Source of the DNA: Alphaproteobacteria bacterium
Lineage (GTDB): Bacteria; Pseudomonadota; Alphaproteobacteria; UBA828
Assembly (NCBI GenBank): GCA_965237415.1
Contig: CBDEFM010000002.1
Span: forward strand, 704,001 to 768,000
Length of the DNA stretch: 64,000 bases
Direction of reading: 5' to 3'
The first letter of the stretch is position 1, and each line of letters begins with the position of its first letter. A program made the position numbers and the translations under genes. A model generated the notes under the pieces. That model was not told where the DNA came from. It made no database searches and saw nothing but the letters and a program-made list of their open reading frames with translations. Below, in pieces: positions 40,019 to 50,782 of this stretch.

Positions 40019-40783
40019 TCATCCGTTGATATCGCACCCGAGGAAGGTGCGTCCTTTCTGTTTGCACGCCTCCATGACCGAGAACGAGCCCGCAGCGGGG
40101 TCGATGACCACGTCGCCAGGATTGCTGACCGCCTCGATCAAGGCGCTCTGAAGACCCACCGGCTTGGGGTGGACGCGGTCGCGCTTGCCGACTTTCTCGC
40201 TCCACACGTCCGGGATGGTGTGGATTTTCCATACGCCTTTGGCCTTGCGCGGCGCCTTCTGCAGGACGATCAGATGCTCGCTCGCACGCCTGGTGCGATA
40301 GCCCATGCCGATCCGCTGCTTGTGCCACGTCACCATGTCCACGATTTCGAGGGAGGTTCCGTCGAGCCAGTCCCCGAAGCCGGTGCAAAGGTGATACTTG
40401 TCCGTCCACAGGAAGAGGTGACCGCTCGGCATCAGGCAGCGGTCGATTTCGCGAATGAACGACGGGATTTCATCGGTCATCTGCGGCAGGGCGGCGCGGC
40501 CCGCGCCGCGGTTTACACCCTCGTTGCCGTAGGCGAGATGATCGAGCACGCCGCGATACTGCGGGTCCAGGAACGCGACGGGAACGGCGCTCAAGGGCAG
40601 CATGCTAAGGAACTGCCGGCCTTCCATGCGGAGCCTTGTGTCGAAGGCGAGACCCGGCGGCAGAGCCAGCGGTGGCTGGTCCACTTGCCGCACGGATGAA
40701 AACACCGAGCCCCTTCCGGCACCCGGCGGGTTTTCCAGCGGTATGGCGGCCTCGTTGACCATTCCGGGCCGGACTGTACGCAC
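40019..40783 (-). CDS. Solitary N6A/N4C DNA methyltransferase (beta order); start uncertain
   Basis: FLDPQY catalytic motif, HPKP, VIDPAAGS SAM-binding motif, GRTFLGCDI. Confidence 0.85.
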   Translation of the reverse strand: MRTVRPGMVNEAAIPLENPPGAGRGSVFSSVRQVDQPPLALPPGLAFDTRLRMEGRQFLSMLPLSAVPVAFLDPQYRGVLDHLAYGNEGVNRGAGRAALPQMTDEIPSFIREIDRCLMPSGHLFLWTDKYHLCTGFGDWLDGTSLEIVDMVTWHKQRIGMGYRTRRASEHLIVLQKAPRKAKGVWKIHTIPDVWSEKVGKRDRVHPKPVGLQSALIEAVSNPGDVVIDPAAGSFSVMEACKQKGRTFLGCDING

Positions 40784-40889
40784 GCCGGTGACGAAAAGTA
40801 TAGTTCCGGTAATCGAGGCGTTGGGCTTTCGCGCTGGCGGACGACGAATGTTACAGTTTCAGCCAGAATATGAGCGCGTTTTCAATGCG

Positions 40890-41357
40890 TTATGTCTTAT
40901 ACGAGCGGGCGATGACCGCTCGGCCGAGAGCTGCAAGCGCTGCCTTCAGGCGACCGTCCCGGGTGGAATCGACGGCGGATTCGACACGCTCGGCCGACTC
41001 CGAGTCGATTTTGGGCGGCGTTTGGCGTTCCACACCCGCCGTTGGTCGCGCCGACGGCGCCCGGTTTACGTAGGCGATCCGCGTCACCGCGCGGTAGCCG
41101 TAATAGGCGGCAATTCGTTCGAGAATCTGGGGTTCGAGATGCTGAAGCTCGACCGCAACAGGCCCCGAGACGCATATCCTGAGTGTGCCGTCCGCCCGCA
41201 GGCGGTCGGGCCACGAGCAAGCGGCGACGGTCTCGCCCACGATCGCAGTCCACTCGGCGGCGATCCCCGCTGCTGCGAGTCCGCGCGCCTCGAAGGATCC
41301 GGCGGTAATTCTTTGGATCAGCGTGGAGAGCGGCTGCGCCTGGCGGGCCTTGCGCAT
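40890..41357 (-). CDS. DciA/DUF721 family protein
   Basis: W..IVG..A, ELQH....ILERI..YYG; divergent from mutY. Confidence 0.82.
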   Translation of the reverse strand: MRKARQAQPLSTLIQRITAGSFEARGLAAAGIAAEWTAIVGETVAACSWPDRLRADGTLRICVSGPVAVELQHLEPQILERIAAYYGYRAVTRIAYVNRAPSARPTAGVERQTPPKIDSESAERVESAVDSTRDGRLKAALAALGRAVIARSYKT

Positions 41358-41434
41358 GTCAGGAGCCGAACGTCGGGGGTTCCAACCCAAGGTGTACGCC
41401 CAACGACGCCTGCTGTGAAGTGGCTGGGGCGCCG

Positions 41435-44080
41435 ATGACAAGCGCCCCGCTGCCGAAACCCGTTGAGCCGTCGCAGCTGGCCCGGATGTTGCTCGACTGG
41501 TACGACCGTCACCGTCGCCGCCTGCCGTGGCGCGCCACGCCCGGCGCGCGGCCCGACCCCTACCGGGTCTGGCTCAGCGAGATCATGCTGCAGCAGACCA
41601 CCGTTCCGGTCGTCGCGGGCTACTTTCAACGGTTTCTGGCGCGCTGGCCGACCCTTGACGCGCTGGCTCACGCCGAGCTCGACGAGGTGCTCCACGCCTG
41701 GCAGGGGCTCGGCTACTACGCCCGCGCCCGCAACCTGCACGTCTGCGCGCAGCATGTGCTGGCCGATCATGGCGGGCGCTTCCCATCCGAAGAAAAGGCG
41801 TTGCGGGCGTTGCCGGGGATCGGGCGCTACACCGCTGCGGCGATCGCAGCCATTGCATACGACCGGCCGGCGACCGTCGTCGACGGCAATGTCGAGCGGG
41901 TGATGGCACGCCTGCGGGCGGTCGAGACTCCGCTTCCGGCGGCGAAACCCAGGCTCTACACGCTTGCCGCCGAACTCACGCCCGAGACCCGGCCGGGCGA
42001 CTACGCGCAAGCATTGATGGATCTCGGTGCGACCGTCTGCACCCCGCGTAATCCGGGCTGTCTCGCATGCCCCTGGCGCGACGCCTGCGAAGGTCGCGCA
42101 CGGGGCGTTGCCGAGACCCTGCCGCGCAGGGCGCCGAAGCGGGCACGCCCGCTGCGCCACGGTGTCTCGTTTTGGTTGATGCGCGCGGATGGGGCCGTAC
42201 TCCTGAGGCGGCGGCCCGAGACGGGCCTGCTCGGCGGTATGATCGAGCTGCCCACCACCCCCTGGCGGGCGGAACCGTGGACTCTGGCGGAGGCCACAGC
42301 CCACGCGCCGGAGCAGTGCCAGTGGCAGGCGCTGCCCGAGCCGGTGCGCCACGGCTTCACCCATTTCGAGATCGAGCTAACGGTGGCCGCGGCCGAGACC
42401 GATGGCGACGGAGACCCTGGCGATATCTGGTGCCCGCCCTCGCGCTTCTCGGACTATGCGCTGCCTACGCTGACCCGAAAGCTCGTGCGCTACGCGTCGC
42501 GCCACCGGCCCGATCCGCGGCGGGGTATCGTCGGACGGCCGGTAGCTGAGCGCAGTATCGATCATGGTAGCATCGCCGCCATCGCGCCAAGCGCACGGAG
42601 GAGTGACGGGGTGACGGCAGGCGATCACCGAGCGGGCGGCAACAAGAGCGCGCGGCTTTCGCCGACACGCGTCCGCGAGGCGATGCGGCGTGCCGCGCTC
42701 TATGCGCGGACCGGGCGGCTCGCAGAAGCACGAGAGCTTTACCGCACGGTTCTCGCCGCAAGGCCCGACCACAGAGAGGCGCTGAAGGCCGCAGCGCTCG
42801 TCGCCTTCCGCCTCGATGCTGTAGATGAAGCGGCGGCTCTCCTGAAGCGGGCGGTCGCGCTCGACGCCGGAGACGCCGGCGCGCACAACGACCTCGGCAA
42901 CGTGCTCCAGGCCGCCGGCCGTCTCGACGCCGCGCTCACAGCCTATCGGCGCGCTGTCGAACTCGACCCGGAAAGGGCCGAGACCCACGTCAATCTCGGC
43001 CAGGCGCTACGGGCCAAGGGGGACCTCGTCGGCGCTGCCGAAGCCTTGGGTCGAGCCGCCGCGCTCCGCCCCGACCATGCCGGCACCCTGCTCCGTATCG
43101 GGCTGGTCCATCACGCCAAGGGCGATCTCGACGGTGCCGCAAGCGCCTTCCTCCAGGTGCTCGCCATCGAGCCCGAGAATGCCGAGGCGTGCTTCGCCTT
43201 CGGCAACGTTCTCTACGCCCAAGGTCGGCTCGACGAGGCCGTGGAGGCGTACGGGCAGGCGGCGAAGCTCAGAGCGGAAATCCTCGACGCTTCGTTCGAG
43301 GTGGGGAAGCCCCGCCACGTTCATGCTCACTTCGACCGGGGGGAGCCACGCGCGGCGCTCAAGGCGTGCGACGATTTGCTGACACGGCAGCCGGGCCAGA
43401 GCGGCGCACTTGCGATGAAGGCCGTCGCCTTGTGGGAGGCAGGCGAGAAGGACCAGGCACGGTCGCTGCTCGACTTCGATCGTCTGCTTCGTCAGGAGCA
43501 CTCCGCGCCGCCCGCGAACTTTGCCAATATAAGCGCCTTCAACGCGGCGCTGGCAGCGCATGTTCGGAATCACCCGACGCTGCAGGCAGCACCCGAGAGC
43601 TACTCGATGGAGCGCGGCCAGAGCACCGGCGAGCTGCTGCCGGGTCGCGGCGCGGCGGTGGCGTTCGGCGCGCTGGTGGCGCACGGGGTGGACCGCTACA
43701 GGGCAGCGATGCTGCAGGCGTCGAGCCATCCCTTCCTGGCCAATATCCCGGATCGCATCAGAATCACGGCGTGGGGGGTCATCCTTGACGAAGGCGCCTA
43801 TCAGGTGCCCCACATCCACCCCTCGGCCTGGCTCAGCGGGGTCTATTACGTTGCCCTCCCCTCCTCCCTCGGCGCAGACGACGACGGGACGGCAGGGTGG
43901 ATCGAGTTCGGCCGCCCCTACTGGGACTTTCGAATCAGGGCGGAGCCCGAGACCCGCCTGATCGAGCCCAAGGAGGGGCTGATGCTGCTCTTCCCCTCTT
44001 ACATGTTTCACCGCACCCTCCCTTTCACCGGCCCGGGCGAGCGCATCAGCATCGCCTTCGACGTACTGCGTGGAGAGTGA
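41435..44080 (+). CDS. mutY: Adenine glycosylase MutY (to about 42530) in frame with TPR plus 2OG-Fe(II) oxygenase protein (own GTG at 42611)
   Basis: WLSEIMLQQT, GLGYYARARN, LPGIG.YTA, C-x6-C-x2-C-x5-C; then TPRs, HIHPSAWLSGVYY, RISIAFD. Confidence 0.88.
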   Translation: MTSAPLPKPVEPSQLARMLLDWYDRHRRRLPWRATPGARPDPYRVWLSEIMLQQTTVPVVAGYFQRFLARWPTLDALAHAELDEVLHAWQGLGYYARARNLHVCAQHVLADHGGRFPSEEKALRALPGIGRYTAAAIAAIAYDRPATVVDGNVERVMARLRAVETPLPAAKPRLYTLAAELTPETRPGDYAQALMDLGATVCTPRNPGCLACPWRDACEGRARGVAETLPRRAPKRARPLRHGVSFWLMRADGAVLLRRRPETGLLGGMIELPTTPWRAEPWTLAEATAHAPEQCQWQALPEPVRHGFTHFEIELTVAAAETDGDGDPGDIWCPPSRFSDYALPTLTRKLVRYASRHRPDPRRGIVGRPVAERSIDHGSIAAIAPSARRSDGVTAGDHRAGGNKSARLSPTRVREAMRRAALYARTGRLAEARELYRTVLAARPDHREALKAAALVAFRLDAVDEAAALLKRAVALDAGDAGAHNDLGNVLQAAGRLDAALTAYRRAVELDPERAETHVNLGQALRAKGDLVGAAEALGRAAALRPDHAGTLLRIGLVHHAKGDLDGAASAFLQVLAIEPENAEACFAFGNVLYAQGRLDEAVEAYGQAAKLRAEILDASFEVGKPRHVHAHFDRGEPRAALKACDDLLTRQPGQSGALAMKAVALWEAGEKDQARSLLDFDRLLRQEHSAPPANFANISAFNAALAAHVRNHPTLQAAPESYSMERGQSTGELLPGRGAAVAFGALVAHGVDRYRAAMLQASSHPFLANIPDRIRITAWGVILDEGAYQVPHIHPSAWLSGVYYVALPSSLGADDDGTAGWIEFGRPYWDFRIRAEPETRLIEPKEGLMLLFPSYMFHRTLPFTGPGERISIAFDVLRGE

Positions 44081-44109
44081 CGGCGGCAGGCAACCACGGG
44101 AATGTGAGG

Positions 44110-44961
44110 ATGAACGAGCAAAGAAATCTCCCCCAGGAGGCGGGCTACAATCTGCGCCTGCGCCACCCGGACTTCGAAGAGTATTTGGCGGTGTGGGAGG
44201 CCGAGAGCGCGCGGGTCCGCGACTCTCTCGACTGCATCCTCGATGTCCGCTACGGCGCCGGCCCCAACATGACCGCCGACCTCTTCCCGGCACCTGCGAG
44301 CGGCGCCCCGATTCAGGTCTTCATCCACGGCGGCTACTGGCGTGCCATGGACAAGGACGTGCACTCCTTTCCCGCCGAAGGCTTCGTCACCGCCGGCGGT
44401 GCGGCCGTCTCGCTCAACTACGCGCTGGCACCGGCGGTGACGCTCGACACGATCATCGAGCAATGCCGCACCGCGCACGAGTGGGTCGCCGACAATGCCG
44501 GCCGCCTCAACGGCGATCCGGACCGCATCTTCGTCTCCGGTCACTCCGCCGGCGGGCACCTCACCGCCATGATGCTCTGCACCGACTGGGCAGCACGCGG
44601 GCGCCCTGCCGAACTGGTGAAGGGCGGTACCGCCATCTCCGGCATCTTCGATCTGGCGCCCATCATGGAGACCAGCATCAACGACGATGTCCGGCTCGAC
44701 GCCGAGGCAGCGGCCCGCAACAGTCCAATTTACAACCTGCCGGCGACCGGCGCAGGCGGGCCGCTTATCGCAGCAGTCGGCGCGGCGGAGACGGCAGCAT
44801 TCGTCGCCCAGAATCGGACCTTCGCCGAGGCATGGCAGGCGCGCGGATTCGAGGCCACGGTCATGGAGATCGAGGGCCTTCACCACTACAACGTGGTGAT
44901 GGAGATGGGCCGCCCCGGCAGCGCTCTCACTCAGGCGGCTCTCGCCCAGATGGGTTTGTGA
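44110..44961 (+). CDS. Alpha/beta hydrolase, arylformamidase-like
   Basis: FIHGGYW, GHSAGGHL, ISGIFDL. Confidence 0.88.
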   Translation: MNEQRNLPQEAGYNLRLRHPDFEEYLAVWEAESARVRDSLDCILDVRYGAGPNMTADLFPAPASGAPIQVFIHGGYWRAMDKDVHSFPAEGFVTAGGAAVSLNYALAPAVTLDTIIEQCRTAHEWVADNAGRLNGDPDRIFVSGHSAGGHLTAMMLCTDWAARGRPAELVKGGTAISGIFDLAPIMETSINDDVRLDAEAAARNSPIYNLPATGAGGPLIAAVGAAETAAFVAQNRTFAEAWQARGFEATVMEIEGLHHYNVVMEMGRPGSALTQAALAQMGL

Positions 44962-45091
44962 GGCACGAGTCCCCGATCCCGCGCTGCCTTATGCCGCCGG
45001 GCGTTTAGACGACAGGCTTGCCGAACCGTTGCGGGAGGGGTAGGGCAAGCTCCGGCGGCCCGACCGGCCGCCGAACCCCACGAGGTGCGCC

Positions 45092-46279
45092 ATGACCGTA
45101 AGCCGCGGCCGCAATTTCCTGGCCCTTCCCGGCCCGACCACCGTTCCTCACGAAGTGCTGCAGGCCATGCACCGGCCGGCCGTCGACATCTATGGCGAGG
45201 AGCTGACCGCTGTCACCGACAGCTGCCTGGAAGATTTCAGGCGCGTCTTCCGCACAGAGCAAGGCCGCACCTACATCTATATTGCCAACGGCCATGGTGC
45301 CTGGGAGGCGGCGCTCTCCAACGTCCTCTCGCGCGGCGACAAGGTGCTGGTGCTGGAGAGCGGTCGCTTCGCTGTCGGATGGGGCGAGATGGCGGAGGCG
45401 CTCGGCATCGAGGTCGAGGTGCTGGCGGAACAGCCACAACGGGCGGTGTCGCCTGAGGCGCTAGAGAAACGCCTCCGTGCCGATCGCGCAGGCGAGATCA
45501 AGGCCATCCTGGTCGTTCAGGTGGACACGGCTTCCGGCGTCGTGAACGACATCGCGGCACTGGGCAAGGCCATCGATGCGAGCGGTCACGGTGCGCTATT
45601 CATGGTCGATGTCATCGCGTCGCTCGGCTCGATGCCCTTCGAGATGGACGGCTGGGGCATCGATGTCGCAGTAGCCGGTGCGCAGAAGGGGCTCATGATG
45701 ACGCCGGGCCTGAGCTTCATCGGGGCAAGTGAGGCCGCGCTCGCCGCCCATGCCGATGCCGGGCTGAGGACGCGCTATTGGGACTGGACCGCGCGCGAGG
45801 GCGATCTCCACTACATGAAGTACTGCGGCACGCCGCCGGTGCACCTGCTGTTCGGGCTGCGCAAGTCCCTTGACATGCTGTTCGAAGAAGGCCTGGAAAA
45901 CGCCTTCCGTCGCCACGAGCTCCTGGCCGGTGCGACTCAGGCAGCGGTCGAGCGCTGGCGGGAGGCGGGGGCCCTCGACTTCAATATCCCCGAGCCGTCG
46001 GAACGCTCGCCGACGGTAACCACGATACTCATGGACGATCCCCAGCTGAGCCGCCTGCTCGACTGGTGCTGGGAGGTCTGCAACGTGAGTCTCGGCATCG
46101 GACTCGGGCCGCTCGGTGGCCACGCCTTCCGCATCGCCCACATGGGCCATGTGAATGCACCCATGATGCTCGGAACGCTCGGGGCCATAGAAACGGGATT
46201 CGTTGCGCTCGATATTCCACATGGCAAGAGCGGCGTCTCGGCGGCCATCGACCACCTGGGCAGCCGCCTCAAAGCGTGA
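45092..46279 (+). CDS. Class V aminotransferase (serine-glyoxylate aminotransferase-like)
   Basis: PGPT, NGHGAWEAA, AQKGLM, FRIAHMG. Confidence 0.9.
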   Translation: MTVSRGRNFLALPGPTTVPHEVLQAMHRPAVDIYGEELTAVTDSCLEDFRRVFRTEQGRTYIYIANGHGAWEAALSNVLSRGDKVLVLESGRFAVGWGEMAEALGIEVEVLAEQPQRAVSPEALEKRLRADRAGEIKAILVVQVDTASGVVNDIAALGKAIDASGHGALFMVDVIASLGSMPFEMDGWGIDVAVAGAQKGLMMTPGLSFIGASEAALAAHADAGLRTRYWDWTAREGDLHYMKYCGTPPVHLLFGLRKSLDMLFEEGLENAFRRHELLAGATQAAVERWREAGALDFNIPEPSERSPTVTTILMDDPQLSRLLDWCWEVCNVSLGIGLGPLGGHAFRIAHMGHVNAPMMLGTLGAIETGFVALDIPHGKSGVSAAIDHLGSRLKA

Positions 46280-46291
46280 GATGGGGCAGTG

Positions 46292-46444
46292 CTAGCGCTC
46301 AGGCGCCTCCCGGGCCGGTGTTTGGCCGGCGTCGAGCGGATCGTTGTCAGACGGCTTATTGATGGCCATGGCGAGCGCAACCAGGACGGCACCCACGAAC
46401 AGCGCGACGGCTGCATCCCTCAGGAAGCGCCGCACGTCAGGCAC
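46292..46444 (-). CDS. Small hypothetical membrane protein (50 aa), not in ORF track
   Basis: GTG start after GAGGGGA, MPDVRRFLRDAAVALFVGAVLVALAMAINK... Confidence 0.45.
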   Translation of the reverse strand: MPDVRRFLRDAAVALFVGAVLVALAMAINKPSDNDPLDAGQTPAREAPER

Positions 46445-46620
46445 TCCCCTCCTCGGGTGCTTCGGACCCACCCGGCCGGTCGACCTCCACCCGTTGCCGC
46501 GCGGCCGCCACAGCGGCCTCCAACGCCTCCTCGAAATGCCCGCTCACGATGGGCCCGAAGTGGCGGCGATAGTCGCGCATGATGTTCGCCTGCATCTCGG
46601 GCGTGATGTCGCGCACCATG

Positions 46621-47001
46621 TCAAGCCAGCACTCGCATGCGTCGCAAATCAGCGCAAGATCGACGACCGCGGGCGTGCGCCACGCGTGCGGGCTGCATCG
46701 CTCCATCCGAATCCCTCTCCGCTCTCGGTCCCCGACGCCTGCGCACCCGGGCGACCTCGGCATCGAAATCGTCCACCTCGGAGACGACGCGCAGGAAACC
46801 GAGGGGCAGCGGCTCATCCAGCAGGTCCTCGTAGGGCGCCTTGGTGAACAGCAGCAGCCGCGTGCCGCCGAGCCTCAGCACCCGGCAGTCGCAGCCGAAC
46901 ACCCGGCCGGAGAGGCGGAGCTCGCCGCCCATGGTATCTGTGTAGAAGGCCGCCGCTGCGTAGAGATCCGCGACCTTGACCGCATAGTTCCAGAGCCGCA
47001 T
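46621..47001 (-). pseudogene. VOC family protein with degenerate C-terminus
   Basis: AVKVADL..A.AFY, EVDDFDAEVARV, then sequence loses VOC character. Confidence 0.55.
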
Positions 47002-47020
47002 TGCGCTGCCCTCCCCGCCT

Positions 47021-48274
47021 TCAGGTCGGATTGGCGCAATCGGAGTAGTGGATGGCAAATTCCGGAAACTTCGCCTTCCAGGCATCGTCGAAGGCAGAAC
47101 GGTCGCTGCCCGCACGCGCCTCGACGGCATACTCGGTGACGGTCTTCATGTTCTCCGTGGTCATGACGGAGTAGCCCAACGTTTCCAGTTCGGCAACGCG
47201 GCGACTCATGTTGCTCTTGTTTCGGAAGACGCCAAGGGAAACTCCGTTCGCCTGTGGGCCCTTGGCGATGATCCAGATGTCGCTGACGCCCTTATCGCCA
47301 AGCCCGCGCGCAACTGCGGTTGCCGCCTCGCGGCTCGAGGCCGGCGGCAAGTACACCTGGTAATTTTTGATGACTTGCTGCTCCTCTTCGCCCACCTCGA
47401 CCTCCTCCGCGCCGTGCGAGCGCATCCACGCCGCCGCCTCGTCGGCGGAAGCACGGTCCTTGAACCAGCCGACGTGTACACAGCCCTCACTTAGCGCCTG
47501 GGCGGGCACTGCCTCGGGCTCTTCCGGGATCTCGGGTTGCTGCGGTTCAGTGGGGGGCGCCTGCACGTCCTCCTTCGTCGTCTCAACAGCGACAGGCTCG
47601 ACAGGCGTTGCCTCCGGCTCCGACAATGCGACGGGTTCTTCGCTCTCCGCCGGCGCAGGATCATCGACGACGCGAAGCGCATGAGCGCGCTCGTACGCGC
47701 GCTCCGCAAGCTTCATGTAAACATCGCCGAGATTGGCGTAGACGACGGCATCCGGCTTCAATTCCATTGCCGCGATGAGTGCTTTGCGCGCATCGTCGAG
47801 CCGACCCGATTTCGCATAGAGCACGGCAAGGTTATTGTGCGCCTCGAACATCGAGGGGTGATCGTTCCGAAGGCTCTCGAATACGGCAACCGCCTCCACA
47901 AAGTTTCCCTCGCGCGCATGTAGGACGCCGAGCAGCAAACGCACACCGGGCGCGTCGGGCTCACGCTCCAACAGCGGCTCGACCAACTCGCGCGCTTCCG
48001 AATAACGTTCCTGATCGACCAGGGAGAGCGCATCCTCGATCGGGCCAGCGGCGAGCGCGCCGGACCACACCATTGCCGCCAGCACCCCGCAAGCGAGCGC
48101 TGCGCCCCGAAGCCAGGCCGTCGTCTTGGCCTGAGTTCGCTTGTCGCGGCTGGCAACCGCTGGGCTTGGCGGGAGCATCGCGCGCGAGCACCCTGGTCGT
48201 GGTGACGGTATCGCCGACACTTTTGACTGGGCAGGTGTCGTGTTATCCACGACAACCAGCTTTGCGAATTCCAT
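47021..48274 (-). CDS. Exported TPR plus SPOR-like protein; start uncertain
   Basis: Signal-like segment, AHNNLAVLYA TPR, acidic linker, NGVSLGVF. Confidence 0.75.
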   Translation of the reverse strand: MEFAKLVVVDNTTPAQSKVSAIPSPRPGCSRAMLPPSPAVASRDKRTQAKTTAWLRGAALACGVLAAMVWSGALAAGPIEDALSLVDQERYSEARELVEPLLEREPDAPGVRLLLGVLHAREGNFVEAVAVFESLRNDHPSMFEAHNNLAVLYAKSGRLDDARKALIAAMELKPDAVVYANLGDVYMKLAERAYERAHALRVVDDPAPAESEEPVALSEPEATPVEPVAVETTKEDVQAPPTEPQQPEIPEEPEAVPAQALSEGCVHVGWFKDRASADEAAAWMRSHGAEEVEVGEEEQQVIKNYQVYLPPASSREAATAVARGLGDKGVSDIWIIAKGPQANGVSLGVFRNKSNMSRRVAELETLGYSVMTTENMKTVTEYAVEARAGSDRSAFDDAWKAKFPEFAIHYSDCANPT

Positions 48275-48505
48275 GCGCTTTCACCATAGGCGGCAACCGC
48301 ACCGCAGTCCATCACACCGCCCGGCTCGCGCCGACGGTATTCGGCATGAATGGACGTTGTAGTGGTTCCGCCGTCCGCAGGCTCGCGAATGATCGACGTG
48401 CACCTCGACCGGGTCTCGAAGAGTGAGAGTACGGTCATGCTTCTTGACGACGTGTGCGATATCTCGACGTGAGCCTCTGATGTGCGCTTCGCGCGACGGT
48501 GCCCC

Positions 48506-50050
48506 ATGACCGAGCACATCCTGATCCTTGATTTCGGCTCGCAGGTGACCCAGCTGATCGCCCGTCGCATACGCGAGGCAGGGGTCTACTGCGAGATCAG
48601 GCCATACTCGACGCCGGCTATCGAGATCGAACGCCTCGCGCCGCAGGGCGTCGTCCTCTCGGGTGGGCCGGCATCGCTCACCGAGGCTGAGGCGCCGCGG
48701 CCCGACGAGGGGCTCTACACGCTCGGTATCCCCCTTCTCGGCATCTGCTACGGCCAGCAGGCGATGTGCGCGGCTCTGGGTGGCGCCGTCGAGTCCACAG
48801 CCCAGCGCGAGTTCGGCAGGGCGCACCTCGACATCGTCGAGCCCTGCGCGCTCTTCGATGGCGTCTGGCAGGTGGGAGCGCGCGAGCAAGTGTGGATGAG
48901 CCACGGCGACGCGGTGGCGGAGGTCCCAAGCGGCTTTCGCGTGGTGGCGCGCACCGACTCAGCGCCCTTCGCCGCCATCGCTAACGATGCACGCCATTTC
49001 TACGGCATCCAGTTCCACCCCGAAGTGGTGCACACGCCCCACGGTGGGGCGCTCCTGAAGAACTTCGCGCGCCGTGTCTCCGGCTGCGAAGGCATGTGGT
49101 CGATGGCCTCGTTCCGCACCAGCGCCATCGAGGCAATTCGCGCGCAGGTCGGTGACGGGCAGGTGATTTGCGGCCTGTCGGGCGGCGTGGACTCGTCGGT
49201 GGTCGCGGTCCTGCTGCACGAGGCGATCGGGGCGCGGCTCACCTGCGTGTTCGTCGACACCGGCCTCATGCGCCAGGGAGAGGCCGAGGAGGTCACCAGC
49301 CTCTTCCGCGGGCACTACAATATCCCGCTCGTCCATGAGGACGCGCGGGCCGTGTTCCTGAAAAGGCTCGCCGGCGTCACGGAGCCCGAGGAGAAGCGCA
49401 AGATCATCGGCGCCACCTTTATCGACGTGTTCGAGCAGGCCGCGCAAAGCGCCGGCGATGCCGACTTTCTGGCTCAGGGAACGCTCTACCCGGACGTGAT
49501 CGAATCGGTCTCCGTCAGCGGTCCGAGCGCGGTCATCAAGTCTCACCACAACGTGGGCGGGCTGCCGGAGCGCATGAAGCTCAGCCTGGTCGAGCCGCTT
49601 CGCATGCTCTTCAAGGACGAGGTGCGGGCGCTCGGTCGCACCCTCGGGATGCCCGAGGCACTCACCGGGCGCCATCCCTTCCCCGGACCCGGTCTCGCAA
49701 TCCGCATTCCGGGCGAGGTGACGGAGGAGAAGGTCGCGATCCTGCAACAGGCCGATGCGATCCTGATCGAGGAGATTCGCAACGGCGGCCTTTACGACGC
49801 CATCTGGCAGGCTTTTGCAGTACTGCTACCGGTACAGACGGTGGGCGTGATGGGCGATGCGCGCACTTACGAACATGTCTGTGCGCTCCGCGCTGTCACG
49901 TCGGCCGATGGCATGACCGCCGACTTCTACCATTTCGACATGAGCTTTCTCGGCGGCGTCGCGAACCGCATCGTCAACGAAGTGAAGGGCATCAACCGTG
50001 TGGTCTACGATGTGACCTCGAAACCACCGGGAACGATCGAATGGGAATGA
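48506..50050 (+). CDS. guaA: GMP synthase
   Basis: [32 protein letters not shown]. Confidence 0.97.
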   Translation: MTEHILILDFGSQVTQLIARRIREAGVYCEIRPYSTPAIEIERLAPQGVVLSGGPASLTEAEAPRPDEGLYTLGIPLLGICYGQQAMCAALGGAVESTAQREFGRAHLDIVEPCALFDGVWQVGAREQVWMSHGDAVAEVPSGFRVVARTDSAPFAAIANDARHFYGIQFHPEVVHTPHGGALLKNFARRVSGCEGMWSMASFRTSAIEAIRAQVGDGQVICGLSGGVDSSVVAVLLHEAIGARLTCVFVDTGLMRQGEAEEVTSLFRGHYNIPLVHEDARAVFLKRLAGVTEPEEKRKIIGATFIDVFEQAAQSAGDADFLAQGTLYPDVIESVSVSGPSAVIKSHHNVGGLPERMKLSLVEPLRMLFKDEVRALGRTLGMPEALTGRHPFPGPGLAIRIPGEVTEEKVAILQQADAILIEEIRNGGLYDAIWQAFAVLLPVQTVGVMGDARTYEHVCALRAVTSADGMTADFYHFDMSFLGGVANRIVNEVKGINRVVYDVTSKPPGTIEWE

Positions 50051-50763
50051 ACGGTCAGCCACGCCGCGGTGTGCGGTGGACGCTGCTCGCGCTCGCCGTT
50101 TCGCTCGCTCTCTTGGCGCTGGCGGCCGGCATTCGACCCGTTGCCGCCGATTGGGAGACGGGTCAGTCCGCCTACGAGCGGGGCGACATGGCCGCTGCGC
50201 TCGAGGCGTGGCGGCCGCTCGCCGAAGCAGGTAACTCGCGCGCTCAGGCAGCCCTTGGCAGCCTATACATCCGCGGCGAGGGAGTTGGGATCAACCATGC
50301 GGAAGCGCTGCGCTGGACCCGGAGCGCCGCCGAACAGGGCGACGTCACCGGCCAGTTCAACATGGGCACCATCTACGCCGGCGGCCTCGGCGTGGAGCGG
50401 GACTATGCGGTGGCGGCGGAGTGGTTCGCGCGCGCTGCCGAGCAAGACGATGCGGCCAGCCGCTTCAATCTCGGAGTCCTCTACGCACGCGGTCTCGGCG
50501 TGCCGAAGGACGATGAGGAGGCGCTCTTCCTGCTTGGCACGGCGACGATCATCGCCGGCGATCCGGAGGCCAACTTGCAGGAGATCGGTGCCGCCGCCGA
50601 GAACTACGCCTACGTCGTGATGATGACGATGGAAGAGCCGGAGCTTACGCAAGCGCTCAATCGCACCCGCGCGTGGGAAAAAGAATTCCTGCGCCGCTAT
50701 CTGACGCGGCGCCTGCGGCCCGCCGAGTCCAAGGGCAATCTGGCCCCCCTCCCCTTCGAGTAA
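50047..50763 (+). CDS. Sel1-repeat exported protein
   Basis: Signal peptide, [24 protein letters not shown]. Confidence 0.88.
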   Translation: MNGQPRRGVRWTLLALAVSLALLALAAGIRPVAADWETGQSAYERGDMAAALEAWRPLAEAGNSRAQAALGSLYIRGEGVGINHAEALRWTRSAAEQGDVTGQFNMGTIYAGGLGVERDYAVAAEWFARAAEQDDAASRFNLGVLYARGLGVPKDDEEALFLLGTATIIAGDPEANLQEIGAAAENYAYVVMMTMEEPELTQALNRTRAWEKEFLRRYLTRRLRPAESKGNLAPLPFE

Positions 50764-50782
50764 GCGCCTCGTCGCGCCGATG

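Noticed and set aside
48280-48500. Possible gene remnant between TPR-SPOR gene and guaA
   Set aside because: Only a faint VOC-like word (LRDPVEVHVD); too weak to call
50020-50060. Island integrated at guaA 3' end or at the tRNAs
   Set aside because: No integrase and no duplicated att sequence found in the window
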